From the NCBI GenBank assembly GCA_963719035.1, contig CAVRAO010000002.1, positions 512,001 through 576,000 of the forward strand: a stretch of DNA of 64,000 bases, in the 5' to 3' direction. A program made the position numbers and the translations under genes. This stretch comes from Methanobacteriota archaeon (lineage in GTDB: Archaea > Halobacteriota > Bog-38 > Methanoflorentales > Methanoflorentaceae). A model generated the notes under the pieces. The model saw only the letters and a list, made by a program, of their open reading frames with translations. It searched no databases and had not been told where the DNA came from. Below are positions 1 through 9,413 of this stretch, piece by piece. How positions within the stretch are numbered: the first letter of the stretch is position 1; every line of letters starts with the position of its first letter.

Positions 1-2
1 GT

Positions 3-2051
3 GTGCCTGTGTCCATTCTTAAGTCCTTTGCTGCTCCGCCTCCTGAGATTATTGAAGATGGTGAGTTATTCCAAGAGCGCATTGACACCACCGTTACCAG
101 CTTGTTGGGCTTGTTGAATATCGAAGCCGATCCCTTGCAAAGCCGTGAACACATTTTGATCTCGACTATCATCGGTCAAATGTGGCGGCAGGGGCAGGAT
201 TTAGATCTGGCTGTTTTGATTGCCCAAATACAGAACCCGCCCGTCTCGAAGATCGGCGTCTTGGACCTAGAATCATTTTACCCATCGAAAGAGCGATTCA
301 GCCTAGTTATGGCCCTGAACAACCTGTTGGCTTCGCCTGGCTTTAACGCCTGGCTTGAGGGAATTCCGTTGGACATTGGCCAGATCCTATATACCCCCCA
401 AGGTAAGCCGCGCATCTCGATTTTCTCGATTGCTCATCTGAGTGATTCCGAGCGCATGTTCTTTGTGTCCCTGCTATTGAACCAGATTTTAGGGTGGATG
501 AGAACGCAACCTGGTACGACGAGCCTACGCGCCCTGGTGTATATGGATGAGATTTTTGGCTATTTCCCGCCTGTAGCTAACCCACCTTCAAAACAACCTT
601 TGCTCACGCTGCTCAAGCAAGCGCGTGCCTTTGGCGTCGGCATCGCGTTGGCGACGCAGAACCCAGTGGATCTGGATTATAAGGGCCTCTCGAATGCGGG
701 AACATGGTGCATTGGTCGCCTGCAGACAGAACGCGACAAGGATCGTGTTATGGAAGGTTTGGAAGGTGCAGCAACCGCTGCAGGAAGCACGTTTGATCGC
801 CAAAGGATGGAGGAAACCCTAGCTGGATTAGGAAGCCGAGTGTTTCTTATGAATAACACGCACGAGGATGCGCCCGTTGTCTTCCAGTCGCGCTGGTGCA
901 TGTCATATCTGCGGGGTCCGCTTACTCGGAACCAAATCAAACAACTAATGGACCCTTACAAAAGCGCTCAACCGGCGGCCGGCCCAACGGCCCAGCCAAC
1001 GGCTGCCACAACTCCGGCTACGTCGGTCTCCCCACCCGCTTCGGCAGCGCCCTTATCATCGACACCCGCTGAACCCTTCCAAGCTGCACCGGCAACTGCT
1101 GCAGCCGCTGGTTTGCAGCCGACCTTACCGCCCGACGTGACCCAGTTTTTCATCCCAGTGCGGGGCAGTGGCAGCAGCGTGACGTACCAGCCTATGGTGC
1201 TCGGCGCGGCCAAGGTTCGTTTTGCGGATCTCAAGACTCGCGTGGACGCGAGCCGAGATGTGGTGGCGTTAACGCCGGTTGTTGACGAAGCCGTTCCCGT
1301 GGATTGGAACGCCGCTCAAACTGGTGATTTCTCGCTGAACGACTTGGAGAAGACGCCCACCCCGGGGCTGCCGTTTGGCGATTTGCCCCGTCCGGCTGCC
1401 ACGCCGAAAAATTATACTGGCTGGAGCCGGGACTTCATCGCATGGGTTTATGGCAGCCAGAAATTAGAACTGTTCCGCAGTCCTAGCACGGGTCTGATAT
1501 CCAATCCAGGTGAAGATGAACGTGATTTTCGCATTCGCCTCCAGCAGTCAGCTCGAGAGCAGCGCGACGAAGCCGCCGACGCGTTGCGCAAGAAGTACAC
1601 CCCCAAGATGACTACGTTACAGGAGAAGATTCGTAAGGCCCAGCAAGCCGTTGAACGGGAAACTGCGCAAGCCTCGCAAGCCAAGATGCAAACCGCCGTT
1701 TCGGTGGGCGCGACTTTGTTGGGCGCTTTTATGGGACGAAAAGCGATGAGCACTTCTACGATCGGCAGGGCTTCCACCGCTCTTGGTCGGGCCGGACGTT
1801 CCATGGAGCAGGCGGGTGATATCGAGCGAGCGCAAGAGACTGCCGCTGAATATCAGAGACAATTGGATGATTTAAACGCTCAATTCAAAGAGGAAACAGA
1901 TGCGCTAGAAGCTAAGATCGATCCTGCCGGTGAGGCACTTGAGCCAGTAGGGATTACGCCCAAAAAGACTGACATCGTTGTCCAGCTGGTGTCTTTGGTA
2001 TGGGCCCCTTATCGTCCTGATGCCGAGGGGCGCATCGCACCAGCCTGGTAA
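3..2051 (+). CDS. HerA/FtsK-like P-loop ATPase (DUF87-type), 5' end outside window
   Basis: Walker B LVYMDEIFGYFPP, motif ATQNPVDLDYKGLSN, Pro/Ala/Thr-rich linker and C-terminal coiled coil. Confidence 0.8.
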   Translation: MPVSILKSFAAPPPEIIEDGELFQERIDTTVTSLLGLLNIEADPLQSREHILISTIIGQMWRQGQDLDLAVLIAQIQNPPVSKIGVLDLESFYPSKERFSLVMALNNLLASPGFNAWLEGIPLDIGQILYTPQGKPRISIFSIAHLSDSERMFFVSLLLNQILGWMRTQPGTTSLRALVYMDEIFGYFPPVANPPSKQPLLTLLKQARAFGVGIALATQNPVDLDYKGLSNAGTWCIGRLQTERDKDRVMEGLEGAATAAGSTFDRQRMEETLAGLGSRVFLMNNTHEDAPVVFQSRWCMSYLRGPLTRNQIKQLMDPYKSAQPAAGPTAQPTAATTPATSVSPPASAAPLSSTPAEPFQAAPATAAAAGLQPTLPPDVTQFFIPVRGSGSSVTYQPMVLGAAKVRFADLKTRVDASRDVVALTPVVDEAVPVDWNAAQTGDFSLNDLEKTPTPGLPFGDLPRPAATPKNYTGWSRDFIAWVYGSQKLELFRSPSTGLISNPGEDERDFRIRLQQSAREQRDEAADALRKKYTPKMTTLQEKIRKAQQAVERETAQASQAKMQTAVSVGATLLGAFMGRKAMSTSTIGRASTALGRAGRSMEQAGDIERAQETAAEYQRQLDDLNAQFKEETDALEAKIDPAGEALEPVGITPKKTDIVVQLVSLVWAPYRPDAEGRIAPAW

Positions 2052-2118
2052 GACCCGCAGTATTACGTCCGGCTGCGCGTGTCATTAGACAAAGTCGCGG
2101 CCATTACTTTAACCTTGG

Positions 2119-2214
2119 CTACACTTGACACGACAAAAGACCGTTGCCCATCGCAACGCTAAACACCAAAAGAAAAACGCTAAAAACGGCAATGGCTAAC
2201 AAACGCCACTTCAT
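2119..2214 (-). CDS. 31-aa signal-peptide-like micropeptide A (MKWRLLAIAVFSVFLLVFSVAMGNGLLSCQV)
   Basis: Hand translation, ATG to TAG. Paralog at 7553-7648 has the same length and no indels. Confidence 0.7.
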   Translation of the reverse strand: MKWRLLAIAVFSVFLLVFSVAMGNGLLSCQV

Positions 2215-2237
2215 CGATAGGTCTATCCCCAGCGTTC

Positions 2238-2254
2238 TTTAACTACTTTTTTGC
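2238..2254 (-). promoter_or_regulatory. Putative BRE/TATA promoter for micropeptide A (leaderless)
   Basis: gcaaaaaagtagttaaa on the minus strand, ~24 nt upstream of ATG, with the same spacing in copy B. Confidence 0.45.
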
Positions 2255-2374
2255 TGCAATACAAGCATTCGTACATTATGGTGGACGGGCTATAGGATTG
2301 TTCCTACGTACCTTAACAACGATGTTGGGGTAATTAGTCTCTAAATCAAAATCGGCTGATATGGGTGAATAGGT

Positions 2375-3187
2375 GTGAAAAGAGATATTATCCGAATTAA
2401 TGAAGAAAAATGCACTGGTTGTGGAAGTTGCGTTAATGGATGTCCTGAAGGTGCCTTACAATTAATTGATGAGAAGGCCAGAGTTGTCAGTGATTTATTC
2501 TGTGATGGTTTAGGCGCCTGCATTGGGGATTGCCCGGAGGGCGCTATAGAAATTGAAACAAGAGAAGCCGAACCTTATGATGAGGGCAAGGTTATGGCAA
2601 ATATCGCTAAAGCAGGACCTAACGTCACAAAAGCCCACCTGCGACATCTTAAAGAACATGGCCAGGAGGATCTGGTAAACGAGGCTATTGACTATTTGAA
2701 GGAAAATAAAATGGAAATTCCGGATTATGAAGAAGACCCTTTGGCCTGCGGTTGTCCCGGTTCAATGATGCTGGATTTTCGTAGATCTGACAACCAACCT
2801 CATGAACAGGTGATGTCAACTTCAGAACTAGGAAATTGGCCCATACAGTTACAGCTTTTAAACCCCAACACACCTTACCTGAAGAATGCTGAACTTTTGC
2901 TAGCGGCCGATTGTGCCCCCTTTGCCTACGCTAATTTCCATCAAAGATTCATAAAGGGCAAGGTTTTGATTATTTTCTGTCCTAAACTGGACAAAACCAT
3001 AGAAGAATACGTGGATAAATTATCAGAAATCTTCCAAAAACAGGATATAAAATCGATTTCAATTGTGCATCTGGAAGTTCCCTGCTGCTCAGGTATTGAG
3101 ATTATAGTCCAAAAGGCATTGGAAAAAGCCCAAAAGAACATAATAATTAAAGATTACACGATTTCAATAAATGGAGAAATAATATAG
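2375..3187 (+). CDS. 4Fe-4S dicluster ferredoxin-domain protein
   Basis: CTGCGSCVNGCP and CDGLGACIGDCP motifs, then CGCPGS, NWPIQL and EVPCCSG. Confidence 0.88.
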   Translation: MKRDIIRINEEKCTGCGSCVNGCPEGALQLIDEKARVVSDLFCDGLGACIGDCPEGAIEIETREAEPYDEGKVMANIAKAGPNVTKAHLRHLKEHGQEDLVNEAIDYLKENKMEIPDYEEDPLACGCPGSMMLDFRRSDNQPHEQVMSTSELGNWPIQLQLLNPNTPYLKNAELLLAADCAPFAYANFHQRFIKGKVLIIFCPKLDKTIEEYVDKLSEIFQKQDIKSISIVHLEVPCCSGIEIIVQKALEKAQKNIIIKDYTISINGEII

Positions 3188-3227
3188 AGCTCTAAATAAA
3201 GTTGGATCTGCCCTTTTTCTAGAAGGT

Positions 3228-3291
3228 TGACGCAGGGACTGGATTTGAACCAAGGACGCAAAGCTGCTCAACAGTATTTCGAAGCCCTGCG
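3228..3291 (-). pseudogene. Degenerate tRNA-like element (acceptor stem and T-arm, no anticodon arm)
   Basis: Minus strand reads CGCAGGG...TGGTTCAAATCCAGT-CCCTGCG-TCA: a 7-bp acceptor-like stem and a canonical T-loop. Confidence 0.45.
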
Positions 3292-3527
3292 ACCGCTCAT
3301 TGATGGTACGAAGCAGCAATCAACAATATAATCGAGTACACAAAGGCTGCAAAACCGATAGAATTTGCATATTTTGAGAAGTGGTCCAGCAAAAGCGGGA
3401 ATTTAAGCATTAACACTGTTTCTACAACCTCATAAGGCGTTTTGTATGAATCCGAAAACTATAATGATGAAACGGTATATCAAAACGCTATTAAAATGCG
3501 CGAAACGACTAGGACCACCATAGAGCC

Positions 3528-5951
3528 ATGAGTGTATTCGAACGAATAGCAAACACGATCATTAAGCACCCCAAGGCAATCGTCGCCTTTTGGGTGGTAG
3601 CATTGCTCATCTCCATCCCGTTTGCCTTGCAGTCTGATAAGGTCCTCAATTATGACCAAACGACGATGAAAGGATCGAACTCAGAGTCAGCGGATGGCAT
3701 GTATCTCCTCTATGATTCAGGATATTTCTACACGAATTCATCGTCCAAGGTGTCCACCATTGTCGTTGTTCCTTTCAGCAATCCCGCCGAAGAGGCCTCA
3801 ATACAGCAATTCCAACGTGCATTGGCGACGCAGTTAAAGGGAGAATATGGCAGTGATGCAACCTTGTCGTATGCCGGAAGGTTCTCGAACGACAGTTCGT
3901 CGAAATCCGGCATATACATGTATCTTATCAATTTCTCAGGCGACCGCAAACCAAGCGCAGAAGTTACTACGATACGGTCGGCTGTAGCTAATGCCAACAC
4001 CGTGGGCTTAAAGACCTACGTAACAGGCCAGTCTGCGATCTCACACGATATTGAATCGGGAGCTACTTCGGACGTATCAAAGATCGATCCGTTCACTATA
4101 CTGCTTGTCCTTGTGCTCATTGGACTCTTCTTCCGGTCGATCGTTGCGTCCGCCACCCCGCCGATCGTCATCGGTTTTGCGTTTGGCATACTGCTGTGCT
4201 TCGTGTTCTTCCTAGGCAGTGTCGTTGAAATCTACTATATAACGAGGATCATCGTGCTTGTCTCGATGCTCGGCGCGGGCTGTGATTACTGCATCTTCAT
4301 CGTTGCGAGATATCGGGAAGAGCGCAAGAATGGTCTAAATGAGGAATCCGCGCTTCGAGAATCGGTCAAATGGGCAGGAGAGTCCATCACCATATCCGGA
4401 TGTGCGGTCATCATCGGATTTGGCGTTATGTCGTTTAGTTCATTTTCATTGATTAGCACGATGGGGATGGTACTCGCTACCGGGATCGTGATAGCACTGT
4501 TAGCGGCGCTCACGTTACTCCCCTCCGTCATCAGGCTCATAGGAGACCGGATATTCTATCCTTCAACTGTGGAGACGTTTTCAGAGGATAGCAAGGCAAT
4601 GAAGGGGCTGTATGGCAGGTTCTCTAGATTTGGGCAACGGTACTTCTCCACCTCGGCAAAGCAAGCGATAAAGTATGCGTGGGCGATAATTATCGCATGC
4701 GCCCTCATCACCATCCCCCTTGCCTATGTGGCGACGACCTCGTCATCTTCCTATAACATGATCAGCACGATGCCCAATGGAGAGGCAAAGCAAGGGGTCG
4801 ACGTCATAGTGGCGAACACCAACGGCGGGGTAATCATGCCCACGTATGTTGTGCTTGAATTTAACAAGTCGATCGCGACGATATCCTCGGTGGCGTTAGC
4901 AAACACCACCGTACCCTTACTGAGCTGGAATAGCTCTGCGGGTGAATATCTCAACGCGACCGATTCACTAACTAAGACAATAATGACAAATGAGGGTCAG
5001 AACGTGGGCATCGCCTACGGGCCGACAAGCTGGACACGGCTCGTTTCCCTCTATGGAAATGAGTCTGCAGCATTACAGGCCTTGCCGTCAGATTCACTAA
5101 AGAACGCCGTGTCAAACGTCCTTGCCAGCCAGCTTCCTGCCACCTATAAGGTACAATCCATCGACTACATCCTGAACTTCCTCGGAGGGTCGCTCGGAGG
5201 CCCTGTTAACAATTCAACGGGAGCACGCACCCTCACCTATGCAACGATCACCACCATCATGAAAGATGAGCCACTGTCTCAACGTTCGTTCGACACTATC
5301 AAGGGCATACAGGACATTGTCGCTAATTTCGATAGTACCTACAGTAACGCGGTGACCCATTCCTGGGTCACTGGAAGTGCCGTATCATCCCTCGTTCTCT
5401 CACAGACGACGACTTCTGAATTCGTGTGGATCGAGGTCGGAGTCGTCGTCCTGATATTCCTCTTACTGTTCTTCGTTATGAAGTCATATCTGACGCCGCT
5501 TCGCTCAATCGTAACGATCGTGATGAGCGTCATTTGGACACTGGGACTCACATTCCTGCTCTTCGATCGACTGCTGGGCATACCAGTGACGTGGATCGTT
5601 CCGATATTCCTGTTCGTGGTATGTCTCGGACTCGGTATGGACTACGATATTCTTCTGACGACCCGTATCAGAGAGAACGTGAGGAAAGGGAAGTCTAATG
5701 ATGAGGCAATCACCTACGCACTTGAGCGATCAGGTGCAATAATTACGATCTGCGGATTCATAATGGCCGGAGCTTTCAGCACGTTGATGCTTTCTTCGGC
5801 ACCAATGCTCCAGGAGTTCGGATTCGCCCTTGGATTCGCCATCCTCATTGATGCGCTGTTTGTCCGTACCTATGTGGTTCCGGCGGTAATGCATCTTCTC
5901 GGGGATTGGAACTGGAAAGGACCTCAGTTCATGCATAAGAGGGATACATAA
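3528..5951 (+). CDS. MMPL/RND-family transporter
   Basis: Two repeats of TM blocks with GAGCDYCIFIVARYREE and GLGMDYDILLTTRIRE motifs. Confidence 0.92.
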   Translation: MSVFERIANTIIKHPKAIVAFWVVALLISIPFALQSDKVLNYDQTTMKGSNSESADGMYLLYDSGYFYTNSSSKVSTIVVVPFSNPAEEASIQQFQRALATQLKGEYGSDATLSYAGRFSNDSSSKSGIYMYLINFSGDRKPSAEVTTIRSAVANANTVGLKTYVTGQSAISHDIESGATSDVSKIDPFTILLVLVLIGLFFRSIVASATPPIVIGFAFGILLCFVFFLGSVVEIYYITRIIVLVSMLGAGCDYCIFIVARYREERKNGLNEESALRESVKWAGESITISGCAVIIGFGVMSFSSFSLISTMGMVLATGIVIALLAALTLLPSVIRLIGDRIFYPSTVETFSEDSKAMKGLYGRFSRFGQRYFSTSAKQAIKYAWAIIIACALITIPLAYVATTSSSSYNMISTMPNGEAKQGVDVIVANTNGGVIMPTYVVLEFNKSIATISSVALANTTVPLLSWNSSAGEYLNATDSLTKTIMTNEGQNVGIAYGPTSWTRLVSLYGNESAALQALPSDSLKNAVSNVLASQLPATYKVQSIDYILNFLGGSLGGPVNNSTGARTLTYATITTIMKDEPLSQRSFDTIKGIQDIVANFDSTYSNAVTHSWVTGSAVSSLVLSQTTTSEFVWIEVGVVVLIFLLLFFVMKSYLTPLRSIVTIVMSVIWTLGLTFLLFDRLLGIPVTWIVPIFLFVVCLGLGMDYDILLTTRIRENVRKGKSNDEAITYALERSGAIITICGFIMAGAFSTLMLSSAPMLQEFGFALGFAILIDALFVRTYVVPAVMHLLGDWNWKGPQFMHKRDT

Positions 5952-6077
5952 AAACGCGGAACACCAGAGCTACCTTCGATCTCGTCTGCTGGTCCCCCCG
6001 CATTAGAGCAACTCGGAATGGGATCTACACCATTCAGACAGGCAATATTTTATAACTGTAACACAGGGGGAATTATC

Positions 6078-6710
6078 ATGGCAGAACCCATCGATGCAAT
6101 TCGGGCGTTTCACAACGCGTTCAGGAATGATATGGAGCAGATCGATGCTGCAGCGTTGGGGGCAGCACAAGGAAAGGAGGGTCTTGCCCCCGCCGTCGAG
6201 CGTTTCCGGTTCTTCAACGAAGTATTGGTCTGGCACGCCCATGGAGAAGAGTTAGCTATCTTCCCTGTGCTCGAGAACGTCGCCCCGTTGGTTGCCGAAG
6301 CCTATGTGAAGGACCACCGAGGGTTGGACTCAGCATTTGATGAATTGGATCAATCATATTCTTCACATGACCCCTTAAAAACTGCTCGGGCCACTGCTGC
6401 GTTCCGCTTTCATCTTGACATCCACCTCGACAAGGAAGATACGCACCTCTACCGGATTTTCAAGGAACGTGTTTCCTTGCCAGAGCAAGGGAAGGCGGTC
6501 GGCATCATGGCCGGCGCGGTTCCACAGGAACGGTTCCCAGAAGCGGTGGCGTGGCTATTCCCGCTTCTGGGGCAGGACGATCGTGAGAACATGACCCTTA
6601 TCTGGCAGATGATGATGCCAGCACCTACCTTCGACGGAGTAAAGGAACTCATCAAAAAGGCCGTCGGCAGCGACTGGGCCGAACTCACGCGCCGTATCCC
6701 AACGTTGTAA
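6078..6710 (+). CDS. Hemerythrin-like (HHE) domain protein
   Basis: H..FR, HAHGEE..IFP, DH and HLDKED motifs. Start adjusted to ATG after GGGGG RBS. Confidence 0.85.
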   Translation: MAEPIDAIRAFHNAFRNDMEQIDAAALGAAQGKEGLAPAVERFRFFNEVLVWHAHGEELAIFPVLENVAPLVAEAYVKDHRGLDSAFDELDQSYSSHDPLKTARATAAFRFHLDIHLDKEDTHLYRIFKERVSLPEQGKAVGIMAGAVPQERFPEAVAWLFPLLGQDDRENMTLIWQMMMPAPTFDGVKELIKKAVGSDWAELTRRIPTL

Positions 6711-7040
6711 GCCCTGCGAGATACCGTCCTTGTCGTGCCGCGCGTTGTCCTTTTCCAGTCCCATTAACTATTCCTGTGACGTCTGGCTAAAAATCCCGAG
6801 AGTCATTCAAATCTCTAACTAAAAGGGTTGAATTTGCAGTTTTCGCAAATGGGCTATTCACGTATTCACCTCCATCTCGCTGGGCCGATGTCATCCGTGA
6901 ACGCGCAGTTAGAACGGCGTCGCTACTAGATAGGGTAGCAAATGACAAGTCGGCTACTTATGAGGGCACGCCTCTGACGTCATTAAGGACAGGATAGTGG
7001 TTGTGAACCTTAGTAGATCCCCGACCTACTAAAGAACGGG

Positions 7041-7349
7041 CTATATCGGTGCTTTTTTCACTTCTTCTATCGCCTTCGCAGCAATGCCTGGTGTCGCCGC
7101 TCCGGGAATGACAGGTGTGAACTCTGGATACGTGCCGAGTCTCTTTGACGCGATGACCATCATCTCCGTCATTTGTGTCTCATCCAGATCGGCCACCATG
7201 AAGACGGCGCGCATGCCGGCCTTTGTATAAACCGCCCCTAGCGCAAACCGGTTCATCATATACCCTATGATTTTCCCGGGCCCTCCTTCTTCGAAATCTA
7301 TACAATTTCCTACGTCGGCAGGAACCTCGAAATATACCAAGTAACGCAT
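7041..7349 (-). CDS. Small hypothetical protein, DUF3303/GYD-like
   Basis: RBS GGAGAGGTGA and an R..F.VADL...PEFTPV pattern. Confidence 0.65.
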   Translation of the reverse strand: MRYLVYFEVPADVGNCIDFEEGGPGKIIGYMMNRFALGAVYTKAGMRAVFMVADLDETQMTEMMVIASKRLGTYPEFTPVIPGAATPGIAAKAIEEVKKAPI

Positions 7350-7552
7350 GATTGATCACCTCTCCTGTAATTCAACGTTAAGGAATAAGTGCTTTCACAG
7401 GATTTGAGCGCTATGTGTCACCGTGGCTGCAAAAACACGCGAAAATTGACTTTTCCGGTTTGTACCTGCGTATTTTTGAGAAGTGACCACTATTGATAGT
7501 CAAGAACTAACAGATTTTTCACGTCAAATAGCACAGAGTATTACACGCTGGG

Positions 7553-7648
7553 CTACACTTGACACGACAAAAGACCGTTGCCCATCGCAACGCTAAAAAC
7601 CAAAAGAAAAACACCAACAATGGCAATGGTTACCGAACGCCGTTTCAT
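7553..7648 (-). CDS. 31-aa signal-peptide-like micropeptide B (MKRRSVTIAIVGVFLLVFSVAMGNGLLSCQV)
   Basis: Hand translation. Paralog of 2119-2214. Confidence 0.7.
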   Translation of the reverse strand: MKRRSVTIAIVGVFLLVFSVAMGNGLLSCQV

Positions 7649-7670
7649 ACATAGAGGTATTTCAAGCGTT

Positions 7671-7687
7671 AGTTAATTACTTTTTGC
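7671..7687 (-). promoter_or_regulatory. Putative BRE/TATA promoter for micropeptide B
   Basis: gcaaaaagtaattaact on the minus strand, ~24 nt upstream of ATG. Confidence 0.45.
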
Positions 7688-8086
7688 TGAAATATTGGGC
7701 ATTTGGAGCTGAAAAATTGCGATTAAAACAGCCAAATTAATACCCCTTTGATTCAGGGTTGCTATAACAAGCGCGTGTCACAATTGAATGAAACAAAGCT
7801 CAATACGGACTCACTTCGCATTGCTAAAATGGGTTTCAGTCAACGGTTTCCGCTTTAGACCGCTTCCTATCCTGTATTCAGCTTGAACTGCACCTGATTA
7901 GCGAGAAGGGCACAGCGCTATGGTGACAGATATTGACAGACATTGCTGGACGGAAGTCCCAAAGGAAGCTTTGGAGTTGAAATCATAGAATAGAGTGGTG
8001 CTGATGTCCCTTTTGAACCTACGAAGGTACTCGGTAAACTTTGCAGTAGCAGCAGCTATAAGGCGATACAAGTTCATGTATAAGTA

Positions 8087-8651
8087 GTGACGAAAGACAA
8101 AGCAAATCTGGCGTATCTTGAGAAGTTGGTTGGTCCACTAGGGCTTGAAATGATTAATCGACTTTCAAAAGATGGATTGACGGACCAACAAATAGCTCAA
8201 GAAACTGGTCACTGAATTGAATACTGTGAGGCGCACGCTATCCACGTTGTATGAGCATCGCCTCGCTTCCTATGTACTTGAGCGCGACAAAGAAACCGGA
8301 TGGATGCTGTATCGATGGAACGTGGACTTTGCGGATATTGAGCGTCGCCTCGCTGATGATGCTCACAAGCTTATCTCCACGCTCGAGACATGGCTAGATG
8401 GAGAGCTAAACACCGTGTATTACACATGTGACAACCATTGCAGCCGCTACACGTTTGACATGGCGAGTGGTAACGTGTGTGGATACCAATTTGTGTGTCC
8501 CGTTTGCAAGCAAAACCTCCACCACGACGACACGTCCAAGCTGACCGATACTATACAAGGAAAGATTGACGAATTGAAGACCGACGCTCAAGCCATCTTC
8601 TATCTAGAGAACTCATCGATTTTTGAACTTGCCCAAACGGAACAAGAATAG
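8087..8651 (+). pseudogene. tfe: Transcription factor E (TFE-alpha) homolog with +1 frameshift near 8210
   Basis: GTG 8087 frame encodes ...YLEKLVGPLGLEMINRL...TDQQIAQETG, then the other frame continues ELNTVRRTLSTLYEHRLASY..RDKETGW..Y.W plus a Zn ribbon (C..CP.C). Confidence 0.85.
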
Positions 8652-8712
8652 ACGCTTTATCGTTCGCGAGCTCCACACCTCTATTAGCTCTTCCAGCGCA
8701 CGCGACGGAAAA

Positions 8713-9144
8713 TTATAGCACTTTTTCGATGAGTTTCACGGCATCCCGGAAAAACGCCGGGCACCGCTCCTTCGCGATTTTATGCGTTTTCGCCTGGGCA
8801 AACTGCGGGTCTGACATGTTGTGCCCGAGCAGGCCCGTGCAGGTTATAGCTCCGTGGAGCGTTTTAAATTCCTGCAGAAACTCACCGACCACCGCATAGG
8901 TTTTTTCTTTCGCTGCGACTTCATCAGCCGTTATGCCCCCATAAAGCAGCCCGATCACCTTGATAGCACCAGCAAGAGATCTGCAGTTATCGTCCGTGCG
9001 GGCGATCCCGGCACCAAATCCCTGTGATATCCGACATGCCGTATCCCGGCCGATTCCGAAGTCTGGTGCAAAGACCGAGAGCACGCACTGTGCGCAATTG
9101 AACCCTTGTTGAAAAAGGGCGACTGCCTCTTCTGCCTTTTACAT
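8713..9144 (-). pseudogene. C_GCAxxG_C_C family redox protein, stop at codon 2
   Basis: Reads ATG TAA AAG GCA..., then GFNCAQCVL, GFGAGI and TCTGLLG. The CGA motif is degenerate (CRSLAGA). Confidence 0.78.
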
Positions 9145-9313
9145 GTCCAACAGTCACGCGGGAGCTGCAATAACCCTATTGGGTTATATGACAAACTCAG
9201 CGTCTCGTGCGGTCTTTAACTGAAACCAAGAGAGACCGCTGTAACGTAAGAAATTTGTTATAAACGTTCAAATAGCTTTCAGGTGTTTTATATTCTGCCT
9301 CGGTCTACAATTG

Positions 9314-9413
9314 CTAAGGCTGTGAAACCGCTCCGGTTATAAAGGTCGATGCTTGGACCATAATAAGTTCATGTGACTGTTTTACGAATGCGCGGAGCGG
9401 TTAACAGCCTTAG
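9314..9413. repeat. Long inverted repeat / hairpin element
   Basis: ctaaggctgtgaaaccgctccg (9314-9335) pairs with cggagcggttaacagccttag (9393-9413). Confidence 0.8.

Larger units (their letters stand above)
2117..2254. repeat. ~140-bp dispersed direct repeat, copy 1 (copy 2 at 7551-7687)
   Basis: 47 bp identical (2117-2163 = 7551-7597), then similar sequence to ~2254. Internal hairpin cgttgc-ccatc-gcaacg. Confidence 0.95.
7551..7687. repeat. ~140-bp dispersed direct repeat, copy 2
   Basis: Matches 2117-2254. Confidence 0.95.

Noticed and set aside
2100-2121. Amber readthrough of the micropeptides into longer proteins
   Set aside because: Both copies hit TAA within 3-4 codons after the TAG and diverge immediately
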